Counted from the first letter of the stretch, positions 18,572 to 29,200 are shown. The stretch is DNA of 64,000 bases from an uncultured euryarchaeote (GCA_937899865.1 CALBRH010000051.1:32001-96000); one strand, 5' to 3'. Notes: generated by a model not told the origin, from the letters alone. A program made the numbers and translations.

Positions 18572-19510
18572 TTGTCAAACTCTCGGAAAAAAATCGCAGT
18601 AATTGGTGCAGGAAATGTTGGGGCCACATGTGCATTTGTCTTGGCTCAGAAAAAGCTTGGAGATATTGTATTACTTGACATATACGAGGGTTTTGCTAAG
18701 GGTAAAGCATTAGATATGTCTCAAAATGGCCAAGTGCTAAACTATGATGGTAACTTAACTGGCACTTCTAATTATGAAGATATTGCAGGTGCTGATGTGG
18801 TTGTTGTTACTTCAGGATTTCCACGCCAGCCAGGGATGACTCGTGAAGATTTGATTGCTAAGAACGCAAGTATTGTTCAACAAGTAGGTGAAGGTATTAG
18901 AGATCATGCGCCTGAATCGATTATTATTATGGTCACTAATCCTCTGGATTTAATGACTTATCACATGCAAAAAGTCACAGGATTCCCTTCACATAGAGTC
19001 TGTGGCCAAGCAGGTGTTTTAGATAGTGCACGAATGACTCATTTTATTGCTGATGCAGTAGGTTGCTCTGAAGAAGATGTCCAAGCGATGGTTCTTGGTG
19101 GACATGGAGATACAATGGTGCCACTACCTAGATTTACTACTGTTGGTGGAATTTCTATTACTCATCTTTTGGATGAGGAAACGATTGAATCTATATGCAA
19201 GAGGACAGCGTCTGGTGGTGGCGAGATTGTTAAGTTATTAGAGAGAGGTTCCGCATTTTATGCTCCAGGTTCCGCAGCAGCAATTATGGCAGAAGCAGTA
19301 TTAAATGATCGCAAGAGATTGATTCCCGCATCTGCACTTCTCTCAGGACAATACGGACTTGATGATGTATACATTGGAGTGCCTGTTATTCTTGGAGCAG
19401 GTGGAATTGAGAGAATTATTGAACTTGATTTGAGTGAACAAGAATTAGCTAGCCTACAGGAATCTGGAAATTTCTATAAGTCTCAATTAACAGATATTCT
19501 TGGATACTAA
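18572..19510 (+). CDS. mdh: Malate dehydrogenase (LDH-like)
   Basis: GAGNVG, GFPRQPGMTREDL (Arg specificity residue), LDSAR, GGHGD, GSAFYAP. TTG start at 18572 after AGGGGA. Confidence 0.93.
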   Translation: MSNSRKKIAVIGAGNVGATCAFVLAQKKLGDIVLLDIYEGFAKGKALDMSQNGQVLNYDGNLTGTSNYEDIAGADVVVVTSGFPRQPGMTREDLIAKNASIVQQVGEGIRDHAPESIIIMVTNPLDLMTYHMQKVTGFPSHRVCGQAGVLDSARMTHFIADAVGCSEEDVQAMVLGGHGDTMVPLPRFTTVGGISITHLLDEETIESICKRTASGGGEIVKLLERGSAFYAPGSAAAIMAEAVLNDRKRLIPASALLSGQYGLDDVYIGVPVILGAGGIERIIELDLSEQELASLQESGNFYKSQLTDILGY

Positions 19511-20196
19511 ATTTTCTGTAAAAGTAGTGATTTTTCACTACCTTTAGTAGATGCCTTTGACATATCTATCAAATCATTATTTTGACTAATCAGTTTGTAC
19601 ATGCCTTTTTCGCGAGTTCGCATTCTTGTCAATATCTCTTGTCCAGTAAAACACCCTTTGTTTTCATGAACTTGATAATTTAGCCCACATTGGTATGGAT
19701 TACGATTACTTGAAACTTCATAACCATGCCATGGAATTAAATTATTAACTCGCCAGTTGGTAAATGATTCAGTATTACCATCGAGTAATTTTCTAGTCAA
19801 TTTACTTGAGTACATTTCAAATGAATATGAATTATTTATCGTAACAATTGTTGTTTCACTTAGAGTTGCTACTGGTTCATCATTAATGGTTTCATCATAA
19901 ACTATGTCAACGTGATTTAGTTCACTAACATCGTTGATTATCACATCTTGTGAGAGTATTTTACTATTGAGGAAATTTTTCAACTCGGCTAAATCCTCAC
20001 AAATTGTAATTGAAATTAGCATATCATTTAGCATGAATAAATGTAATTGAGCAATAATTTTAGCACGATTAGAAAGCACTAATGTGTCGATGACTGAATT
20101 TGATTGAAAATCTATCATATTACTGGACAGGCCGTCTAGAAATCTAGCACAATCCTTTCCTGTGAATATTAGTATATTCGCATCATCAAATGCCAT
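19507..20196 (-). CDS. YgfZ/Iba57-like folate-binding Fe-S maturation protein
   Basis: TGKDCARFLDG, KGCFTGQE signature. Start refined to ATG 20196. Confidence 0.8.
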   Translation of the reverse strand: MAFDDANILIFTGKDCARFLDGLSSNMIDFQSNSVIDTLVLSNRAKIIAQLHLFMLNDMLISITICEDLAELKNFLNSKILSQDVIINDVSELNHVDIVYDETINDEPVATLSETTIVTINNSYSFEMYSSKLTRKLLDGNTESFTNWRVNNLIPWHGYEVSSNRNPYQCGLNYQVHENKGCFTGQEILTRMRTREKGMYKLISQNNDLIDMSKASTKGSEKSLLLQKI

Positions 20197-20213
20197 CCTG
20201 GGCAATTTATCAC

Positions 20214-20594
20214 CTATGCAAAAGATTCGCCGCAACCACAAGAAGATTTAGCATTTGGATTATTTATTTTGAATCCTCCACCCATCAATCGATCTTCGTA
20301 ATCAATTTCAATTCCATCTAGTAAATGGCTAGATGAGTTGGGAACTAATATCCTAAAACCAGCTATCGATAGTTCTTGACAATCAATATCTGTATTATCT
20401 ACGATTTGTAAGTCGTACATATATCCTGAACATCCACCAGATAGAACTCCTACTAATAGTGCCATACTTCTATCCTCACCAAATGCTTGTTCAAGCATTG
20501 ATTTTGCATTTTCAGTAACAGTCAAATTAACATTAACAACGTCTGGTTTCTGAATAATTACCGGACTCGCACTCTCACATGTTCCGCAATCCAT
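20214..20594 (-). CDS. A-type Fe-S carrier (IscA/HesB family)
   Basis: GGCSG, IDY, NPNAKSSCGCGESF, plus an extra N-terminal CGTC. Confidence 0.92.
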   Translation of the reverse strand: MDCGTCESASPVIIQKPDVVNVNLTVTENAKSMLEQAFGEDRSMALLVGVLSGGCSGYMYDLQIVDNTDIDCQELSIAGFRILVPNSSSHLLDGIEIDYEDRLMGGGFKINNPNAKSSCGCGESFA

Positions 20595-20646
20595 GCCAAT
20601 CCCAACCTGTCCCTCTCTATCAATATGTGCATCAAATGGTTAGCAA

Positions 20647-21999
20647 TTAATCTATAATTGAGATTTCATAACAGCATGAATTTGTATCATCAATACATTG
20701 ACGTTTGCAAGATTCTATTGTTTTGTTATATCTTTCCTTGACTACACCAGCAATAACACTTTCATCCATATTACAGAACATCCATGACGTTTCTGGCTGT
20801 CCATCACAAGCATTTCCATCATAGACTGTAATGGTATTTGGTGGTAATTGATCAAATTCAATTTTACCCATTCCTAGATCTTTCCATTCTGATTTGATAT
20901 TGTCCCAAAATTTCCTATCATCAGAGATATTTTGAAGTTTCACTGCTAATTCTTGCCCTATTCTAAAGCCCACATCCTGGAATAATTGATTTGTATTAAT
21001 TCCTAGTGCAGCAAGGGTATTTGATTGAGGTATTATGTCATTGCTGATTATTTCACCACCACGTGTTAAAACCGCATTTGTACTATTACTCATTCCTATT
21101 TTCATTGATTCCTTAAATTTCTCATAAAATGAGCCATCTCCCAAAGTTAGTCTAAGTGGTTCAGTCATCAATCCATCAACCATTTTTGCTTTAGCTGTAT
21201 TGTAAGAAGTGGCAGCATTCCATTGGATTCTCAATAATTCACTTTGAGCACTTAGTAGCATGTCCGATTCCATCAAAATCGCAGTATCTTCTTTTCCACG
21301 GCCAGTAGGAGATTCTTCGGTTTGAACGAATTGTATACCTACTTCATTATCGACAAAGACGCCACACAAATTGAAATCTGGATGATGTCGGATTTCGATT
21401 CTTGAATCCAAATTATCATAAAATCTGATTGTTTTTTCATCAATACAAACTACAAGTTTAACATCTATGTTACGATTGATTGCTTCATTAATCGAATCCA
21501 TACAACCCGACCTAAGCATATGCAAAATGCCCCATTTACCAAGTAGCAGCCATATGTGCTCTTCAGCCTCCGCAACTATTGATTCAATAGTGGCATGAAT
21601 TGAATGACGGTCTTTTAATACAGAGAATGAATCTTCTTGATAGTTAATTTGATTGGAAATTATGGCAAAATTTTCCGATGTATTTAGTGAGTCTAAATTG
21701 TCATTAATCCTACGTAAATCCATTTCCTTAGTTCTAATAATTTGTTTGAAAACATCACTAATTGTCATACCAAAAAATCTTATTGGCTTATCCAGTGTTG
21801 CTTTCACTAATCCTTTTTCTTGTAATTTTTTCAATGAATTATATGCATCCATTCTAGAAAGTCCCATTCGTTTACCAATTTCACTAGCTTTTGCCGGTGG
21901 TTGACTTGCCATATCAATAATCAGTAGTGCGTGTTTTTCCTCCAAACCAGCCTCAACTAATTTTTGAACAATCACTTGATTATCTATCAATAGATTCAC
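20647..21999 (-). CDS. TrmB-family transcriptional regulator with C-terminal V4R-like domain
   Basis: TrmB HTH (ASEIGKRMGLSRMDAYNSLKKLQEKGLV..P.RF), PLD-like effector region (FVDN..G), V4R-like tail (W..LGMG, CDG..FC, C..CCYEI). Confidence 0.8.
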   Translation of the reverse strand: MNLLIDNQVIVQKLVEAGLEEKHALLIIDMASQPPAKASEIGKRMGLSRMDAYNSLKKLQEKGLVKATLDKPIRFFGMTISDVFKQIIRTKEMDLRRINDNLDSLNTSENFAIISNQINYQEDSFSVLKDRHSIHATIESIVAEAEEHIWLLLGKWGILHMLRSGCMDSINEAINRNIDVKLVVCIDEKTIRFYDNLDSRIEIRHHPDFNLCGVFVDNEVGIQFVQTEESPTGRGKEDTAILMESDMLLSAQSELLRIQWNAATSYNTAKAKMVDGLMTEPLRLTLGDGSFYEKFKESMKIGMSNSTNAVLTRGGEIISNDIIPQSNTLAALGINTNQLFQDVGFRIGQELAVKLQNISDDRKFWDNIKSEWKDLGMGKIEFDQLPPNTITVYDGNACDGQPETSWMFCNMDESVIAGVVKERYNKTIESCKRQCIDDTNSCCYEISIID

Positions 22000-24197
22000 C
22001 TTTTCTTTTTGTTCTGTTCTTTGATAAGAATATTACATCTCCTAATTTGATCCTTAGTACGCTTAATCTCTTCTTTAGATAATCCTCTTGGTATTGCTTG
22101 TTCGAAGCATTTAACAGAATCTTGATATCTTTCCATCTCAGCATATGCTGTCCCCATATTGTACAATGTTTTTCCACGAACCTCTTCAGGTTTAATCAAC
22201 ATTGCTTGATGATAAGATTCAACACATGCAGGATAATTTTCTAGATAATAAAATGCATTTCCTCTTCCATTTAAGATTCTAATTACCATTTCATCATCAT
22301 CTGCAAAAGATGGCAATGCTCTATCAAAACATGACAATGCTTCTGCATACTTACCCGCCTCTATCAATGCTACTCCTTGGTTGTACCAAGAAATATCTTG
22401 ATTAGCAACTGCATTGGATTCAGGGTTACGGAATTCCTCCTGAACCAACGAACTAGATTGAACTTCCAAAGCAGCTTTTGCTAAGTCAACCTCTGGGTTC
22501 GGAGTTGTCTCAGGTACAGGTTGCTCGATTTGAGGTCGAGATAATAATTCATTTGCGCTCATCATTTGTTCTTGATTCACTTCTACAGGTTGTTCTACTA
22601 TCTGATTGGTTTGTGGAATCTGCATGGCTGCATTATCTTGTTGTGTTTCTGTTGAAGAGGTTGCAGAAGAGATATCAGGTGCAACCACACCTCCACCTCT
22701 TTTAGCTAGTTCTTCCTCAATTTCTTTAGCTTTGATGCTACACTTTTCAGCAGTAGTATTGTCACCAGCCGCATAAAGAGCCTTTGACAAACCTCGCCAA
22801 GTTTCAGGGTCATTACGTTCCGATTGAATTAGACCTTTCCAAATCTTAACTGATTCCATGTGATTGTTTGCCATTGTATGTGCTCTAGCATGTAATTTAG
22901 TATCTCCTTGGCCAAGCAAATCCAGTGCTGTTTTTGCCATCTCAGGTCCTTCTGGTAGAGTAGGAGGAATTCCTGCTTGCAATTCCAATACTCTCGATTC
23001 ACCTTCTGCTAGTTCAATCAATGTTGTTGCCAATTCTAATCTAACAGGGCTTTCAGGATCTGCTGCAATGATAATTGTGGCAGCAGATAGATATGCTTCA
23101 GGGTCTTTTAATTCCATTGCCAGTGGCGCCCACTTCTGTGCTGCTTTGACATATGACGGGTCTTCTCGTAATGCATTAGAATAGCATGTAGAAGCCTCTT
23201 TTAACAAACCCTTTCTTTGCTTTAATGAACCCAAGTTATACCATCCCTTAGGATTTGATGGGTCTAATTTTTGTGCGTGTTCAATTGCAGAAATAGCATG
23301 ATCTTGTAAATCTAATCTTGCCATTGCTCCACCAGCTATCAACCATGATTGAGGATGCTTAGATGCTTCATTTTTCAGATGAGGTTTGAGTAGTGCAAGA
23401 GCACCCTTTGCATCACCTGATTGAATCAAATTTTTGGCTTCATTAGCCATATTGTCTAAGTCAAGTACATTGTCCATTTCAGTCTCAATAGGGACTACAG
23501 GTAAATCTGGAATTGCTTGAACTACTGGTTGAGATACTTCGATTCTGTCCTTAATGTCTTCAGTTGCAATTACTACTTCAGCAGCAGAACGCAATTCTTC
23601 TATGTCTAATTGCTGATTATCATCTGCATCATGATGAACTGCTTCATCTAGTAGTGCATTTACATCACTTATACCAGTTTCTTGAACAACTGTTTCTACA
23701 TCTTCTTGGTCAAATGATTCAATTTGTTCTACAGCTTGCATAGATTCTAATGGCTTTGTAGAAGCACTGCCTTGACATCTATTTTTTACATCCATAATTG
23801 TGGGATGTCCAGGGTAGAACTCTAATGCTTTCAAAGCCATACTATAGGCTCCAACTTGATCTCCTATACGCTCCAACAAGATGCATAAATTGGCAGTAGC
23901 TGGAGCATGATTTGGATTTACATCAAGGCATATTTGAAAAGCCTGTCTTGCCCCTCTTGCATCTTGTTGTGCTTCAAGCAAGACTCCTCTGTTGAACCAT
24001 GCCATGTCTGAGGATGGGTCGAGTGATATTGCTTTGTTAAAGGCTGCAAGTGCAGTTTTTGAATCACCAGATCTTGAAGCTTCTTCACCACTTATCAATA
24101 GAGACTCAACTTGGTTGACAACATTATCATCGTTGCTTTCTTGTTCCTTATCGGTTAATTGGTCCATAAGCCTCATTCTATTGGCGTAGAGACTCAA
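21996..24197 (-). CDS. Tetratricopeptide repeat protein
   Basis: Multiple TPRs (AWFNRGVLL, GWYNLGSL, WYNQGVAL, LYNMGTAY) separated by acidic linkers. Start may be ATG 24176. Confidence 0.85.
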   Translation of the reverse strand: MSLYANRMRLMDQLTDKEQESNDDNVVNQVESLLISGEEASRSGDSKTALAAFNKAISLDPSSDMAWFNRGVLLEAQQDARGARQAFQICLDVNPNHAPATANLCILLERIGDQVGAYSMALKALEFYPGHPTIMDVKNRCQGSASTKPLESMQAVEQIESFDQEDVETVVQETGISDVNALLDEAVHHDADDNQQLDIEELRSAAEVVIATEDIKDRIEVSQPVVQAIPDLPVVPIETEMDNVLDLDNMANEAKNLIQSGDAKGALALLKPHLKNEASKHPQSWLIAGGAMARLDLQDHAISAIEHAQKLDPSNPKGWYNLGSLKQRKGLLKEASTCYSNALREDPSYVKAAQKWAPLAMELKDPEAYLSAATIIIAADPESPVRLELATTLIELAEGESRVLELQAGIPPTLPEGPEMAKTALDLLGQGDTKLHARAHTMANNHMESVKIWKGLIQSERNDPETWRGLSKALYAAGDNTTAEKCSIKAKEIEEELAKRGGGVVAPDISSATSSTETQQDNAAMQIPQTNQIVEQPVEVNQEQMMSANELLSRPQIEQPVPETTPNPEVDLAKAALEVQSSSLVQEEFRNPESNAVANQDISWYNQGVALIEAGKYAEALSCFDRALPSFADDDEMVIRILNGRGNAFYYLENYPACVESYHQAMLIKPEEVRGKTLYNMGTAYAEMERYQDSVKCFEQAIPRGLSKEEIKRTKDQIRRCNILIKEQNKKKR

Positions 24198-24266
24198 TCA
24201 TAAGGGTTACTTATCTATGTACGAACAGACACTTACATTCAATAACCTTGAATACTTGGGATATGT

Positions 24267-24815
24267 ATGGGAAAATATCCTTACAAGGTACTTGGGTTAA
24301 GTGGAGAATACCGTCCAACTTCAAAGTGTGGAATGCTGGTTAATCATGCTCTAAATATCGCAGAATCATTAGGTGCTGAAGTACATTTTTGGGACTTGGA
24401 TGTAAAACCACTTCCGATAGTTGGTGAAGAAGGTTGTTGGGAAAATGAAAATGTCAAGGAATTTCAAGAACTTGCTACTCAATGTGATGCATTTTTGGTT
24501 TCATCACCTGAATATCACGGTACAATGTCAGGGGCCATGAAAAACACCTTTGATTGGCTTTACAGCAAGCATGTAAAAGGCAAGGTTTTCGGTTTAATGT
24601 CAACTTTAGGTGGAGCACAAAACTCGAATACTTTGAATCACATGAGAATAATGCTAAGATGGATTCATGGTTGGCCAGTTCCTGAACAATTAGCCATTGG
24701 TAAAGTTAAGGAAGCATTTGATGAAGATGGTAATTTAGTAAGTGAAGAAACTAAAGAAAGATTACAAAATTTAGTTGAATCAGTGCTGGAAAATACTAGA
24801 AAATTATCACAGTAG
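24267..24815 (+). CDS. NADPH-dependent FMN reductase family
   Basis: SGEYRPTS, SPEYHGTMSGAMKNTFDW, GKVFG. Confidence 0.88.
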   Translation: MGKYPYKVLGLSGEYRPTSKCGMLVNHALNIAESLGAEVHFWDLDVKPLPIVGEEGCWENENVKEFQELATQCDAFLVSSPEYHGTMSGAMKNTFDWLYSKHVKGKVFGLMSTLGGAQNSNTLNHMRIMLRWIHGWPVPEQLAIGKVKEAFDEDGNLVSEETKERLQNLVESVLENTRKLSQ

Positions 24816-25556
24816 GTGTTCCTATTGTCAAGACCAAAATTTGAAGATGAATTTGGTGGAACTTATGTCTTGATTGAACCGGGTAAATTTACCATGGGGG
24901 ATTTAGTCGGAGATGGATTGGATAGAGAATTACCTAATCATGAAGTTGAGATTCAATCACCTTTTTTTATTGGACAAAGACCAGTTACTCAAATGCACTG
25001 GGAAGGTATTATGGGTCATAATCCATCAAAATTTCAAGAAGGTTGGAGTTCTGGATTACGCCCAGTGGATTCAGTATCCTTCCATGATTGCATTGATTTC
25101 ATTAATAAATTAAACAAATATCACAATTCAACACCTAGATTATCATTACAAGGTATTTGGCGACTACCGACGGAGGCTGAATGGGAATACTGTGCTAAAT
25201 CAGGAACTGAAACAAAATGGAGCTTTGGAAATTTTGATGGTGATTTAGATGATTATGGTTGGCATGCAGGCAATTCAGGAGCATCTACAAGAGAAGTTGG
25301 GCTTAAGAAAGCAAATAATTGGGAATTATACGATATGTATGGCTTAATTTCTGAATGGTGTCAAGATAATTATCGAAAAGATTACACAATTAAATCTAAG
25401 CAAAATTCATATCTTGATGGATCTGATACTTATTGTACACGTGGAGGTAGTTGGTTTACTGAGAGTGATTCAACAAGAAGTTCCGCTAGAGGACAAGCCA
25501 ATGTAAACAAAGTTAGTGACGGAATCGGAATTCGATTGGTATGGGAGCCACTTTGA
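24816..25556 (+). CDS. Formylglycine-generating enzyme-like (SUMF1) domain protein
   Basis: F.MG, RLPTEAEWEY, N.W.LYDM.G...EW, RGGSW, GIRLV. Confidence 0.85.
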   Translation: MFLLSRPKFEDEFGGTYVLIEPGKFTMGDLVGDGLDRELPNHEVEIQSPFFIGQRPVTQMHWEGIMGHNPSKFQEGWSSGLRPVDSVSFHDCIDFINKLNKYHNSTPRLSLQGIWRLPTEAEWEYCAKSGTETKWSFGNFDGDLDDYGWHAGNSGASTREVGLKKANNWELYDMYGLISEWCQDNYRKDYTIKSKQNSYLDGSDTYCTRGGSWFTESDSTRSSARGQANVNKVSDGIGIRLVWEPL

Positions 25557-26045
25557 TTATTCTTCCTCAAGAAAAATTCCTAATTTATCATCAAGTGGCT
25601 CTAGGGTTTGATTGGTAGGTGTAATACCCTGTTCTATTGACCATTTACCTGTAAATTCATCATTCAATATCGTCATGAGATTTTTTTCTTTGAGCAAGTT
25701 AATTCCTGCTGCTGTTCGGTGAATTACTGGTGCAATGTCTTCATGATATAGCGAATCAAGAATCTCGCAAATATCTTCAAATTTTCTTGTTCCATCACAT
25801 AGTTGCCATAACATGCTATTTTTCACATCAAGTGGACGTCTAATTTCTCTAGGTGCTCTAAACATCTTTGCTAAAATTCGCTCAAATCTATTGAATCTTT
25901 TCTCAATTCTAAGTATTACTTTTCTCCCGCTTATGTTATTTAATTCTGGTTTAACACCAATATCACCAAAGTATCCCCACCATACAGGAAGCCTACATGG
26001 GTATTTACCATACATTACGTGATCTTTGATTCCTGATATGCTCAC
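25557..26045 (-). CDS. PqqD/RRE-like domain protein
   Basis: LD..NSMLWQLCDGTRKFEDICEIL pattern. GTG start with SD GAGGTGA. Confidence 0.6.
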   Translation of the reverse strand: MSISGIKDHVMYGKYPCRLPVWWGYFGDIGVKPELNNISGRKVILRIEKRFNRFERILAKMFRAPREIRRPLDVKNSMLWQLCDGTRKFEDICEILDSLYHEDIAPVIHRTAAGINLLKEKNLMTILNDEFTGKWSIEQGITPTNQTLEPLDDKLGIFLEEE

Positions 26046-26054
26046 AAGTTCACC

Positions 26055-26228
26055 TCAAAAATCAATTAAAGTCCAAAATAACATTGTTGTCATTGCAATT
26101 ACTCCAGTATATGCCGATAATTTTGTGAGTTCAACTTTTTTGGTAAAATTTTTCAAGTACCAAGTTGAAACTCCACAGACAGAAATTACTACCCAAAGAG
26201 CATACCACAGCGCTGGATAATCTGCCAC
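26055..26228 (-). CDS. 57-aa two-helix membrane protein (not in ORF track)
   Basis: Hand translation MADYPALWYALWVVISVCGVSTWYLKNFTKKVELTKLSAYTGVIAMTTMLFWTLIDF. GTG lies 1 nt after the upstream stop; the stop overlaps the next gene's SD. Confidence 0.7.
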   Translation of the reverse strand: MADYPALWYALWVVISVCGVSTWYLKNFTKKVELTKLSAYTGVIAMTTMLFWTLIDF

Positions 26229-26229
26229 A

Positions 26230-29200
26230 TTATTGCCTGTTGTTCATATCTAAATATTGTTGCCCATAATACTTCCATTGTTCAATAGTCCAACCTTGCG
26301 GAAGTCCTGTTTCAGGAATCGGTGGTGAAATTACTTCATTCAAATGTTGTGAATTATTCGTATTTTGTGTCGGCTCTGGATTTTTAGACTGAATTTGATT
26401 ATGGGTTGTCATGCTAATTGGTGGTCCAGAAATCGGAGGTCCAGATACTGGCTTGACAATATCAACATCATCTTCTTCATAGTGACTTCTTCGCCTGATT
26501 AATATTACCGATACAGAAATAGCAATAATCAATCCTACAACAACAAAACTGCCAATTGTTGCTGGTGAAAAACTTGCAGAGTCTTGTACTGATATAGCAA
26601 AGGAGTATTGAACTTCATTATTGGAAATTAATGCATTATTAGAGTCGTAAATTTTTACAGCAATTGAGCCGTCATATATTTCTCCTTCATTTACAACTTC
26701 ACAATAGAGTGAATTTTGACGGTTTATCGAATTGATAATATTATCTTCAATTGTAATTCCACCTTCATCTATGACCTTTGAATCACAAATTAGTCTCCAT
26801 TCTTGTGGAGTTGAAAATATCACTAAATAGGTTTCATCGCTCGTTGCTATTGTCGATATATTGAGCCACATATAGCCAAAATCTTCAGTAATAATTTGCT
26901 GGTTATAATCCAGATTTGTTGATATTTCTTTAACATAATCAACTACAATATTGGTTCTATGAGTAATAGCTTCGAAATCATTAGAAGAACTTGATAGCGT
27001 AAAATCAAACACTATTACAGAATCAATTGGGATATCATTTGGTATCACTAAATCAATTCTAATTTGTCTAATGCTATTTTTGTCTATTGTTATTGGATGA
27101 TATTTGTTAAATTCATATGCTACACCAGTGTTTCCTAATGACATAAATGCAGTCATTAAGCCTTGATATGAATCACTATACAGATTAGCAAAAATACGTA
27201 AATCACTTTCTTGAATATTACCAAAGTTATTGATATCTAAATAGAATGTTGTACTATTACCAACTCCAGAACTAATTGTTTGGATATCATTGGACAGAAA
27301 TAAATCCCTAACGATGACTGTAATTAAGTTAAGTGAAATTGAATTATCAGATATATCGATGTCATCTCCATACATAGAAGGCATAGCATTGATATCAATT
27401 TCAAATATTAGACTATGATCTGTGCCTGATGGTACATTTATCACTATGTCGATAAGTTTGGTTGAACTTAACTCTGAAATTTCACCAAGTTGTATATTGC
27501 CACTAATAATCTGATTATCTATCATAAAACTTGTATTCCATGTTTCAGGTATTCCATCTATTGACAAATCTACAGGTACTGGCCCATTACCCAAATTATT
27601 TAGTTCTACAGAGATGATATTTTGGCTACCAGGTACTAGATTTCCAGGTGATTCAAGCAATTCCATCCCAATATTATTTACTTGAGATATTTCGAAATTA
27701 TCAACTATGCTAGAAGCAAATATTTCACCACTTCTTTGAGAAATTATAGATGCTAGATAACCTGGGCAATCATCTCCTACTTGAGCAGTAACTGGTGCAG
27801 TTAATTTAGCACTAAATGTCCCCGTATCTCCTGAATTCAGATATAATGTCGCAGGAGTGATTTCACTAATCTCCCAATTAGTTGTCCCTTCAAAAACAAC
27901 ATCTGTTTCAAAAATATCTTGCACAGAAGCATTATTGAATACACTAAAAACAACAATATCACTATCACCAGGTTTAATCAATTTTGCATTTCCAACCTGC
28001 TGCATGTTTGGTGTAATTGTTGCATCACTAATCATGCTTGCAACAATTTCTATACTTATTGAATCAGTTCTAGAGGAATCATTTTCAGATACTGCAATTA
28101 TATCAAATTCTCCGATTGAATCTGGTACTGCATCACTTCCGATAGTATAGGTTAGCATTATTGGCACTGAAAATCCAGGTTGGACTAAAATTTCTGTTGG
28201 TTGATTCCAAGAAAAGGAAACACTCCAACCAATTGGTAAGTTGTCATAATCGAGTGATAACATAAACACATCAGGTGCACCGCCACTATTAGTGATTGAA
28301 ATTGATGTAACACATGATGAACCTGGTACACATCTTGGAATACTTAACTGCGGTAGAAATTCAGGAATTCTATCTGGTATGACTTCTAATTGTATGACAA
28401 TGCTTGAAGATATACTTTGATGAGTTTTACTAGTTGAAGTAAATGTGATTGGATAAAATCCCTGATTTTCGCTGTCCCTGGGTTGGAAATTAAGTTCAAT
28501 TATCTTGCTCTCACCTTTTTCTAAAAATACTCCATTTGATTCAGTAATACTTACTCCACTTGTTTGTGAAAAGTAATATTGCCAATCATTTGGTATTCCA
28601 GAAAGAGATGGTGTAAAAGTCTCTGAAACATTTCCAGTATTTGTCAGTTGAATTGTTGCTTTACCCCATGAGTTTGGGACTGCACCATTTACCCCGACAC
28701 CCGATGTTGCAATTCCGTATTCCTCTTCACGTAATTGCTGGTCATAAATTATGACAATATCATCCATCCAAAGTCCAATATCATTATTTGTTGCATCACT
28801 TGTAAAACCAAATCTATATTGTGAATTGGCATGGAAATTAGATTGTGGCGTAGGTATTAACGGCGATGTTGCCCCAGCATTGTTTACTGACCAAGTTTGC
28901 CAAGTTGTTATATCGCTACTCATTGTTCCAGTAATACTAGCTAATTCAACCCAAGAATTACTTGGGTTCATACTGTAAAGTCTTACAAAATCCCCACTTG
29001 CCAAACTGCCAGTATAGTAAAATGAAATTCCATTAGTTCTAGTTGGGTTTGATATTGCATCAGACATATCAAATACAGGTGTTATCAAATTGGTTGCTAA
29101 ATTTGCACTATAAGTAGAACTTTGTCCATTGCCAATATGACAAGCGCTTCCTTGTGATAACGATGATTCACTATTCATACCCCATTCTTGCCCAACAGTC

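Noticed and set aside
26100-26109. TACT-CC-AGTA core 55 nt upstream of the PqqD-like start
   Set aside because: Lies within the 57-aa ORF; counted as background, although an internal promoter is not excluded.
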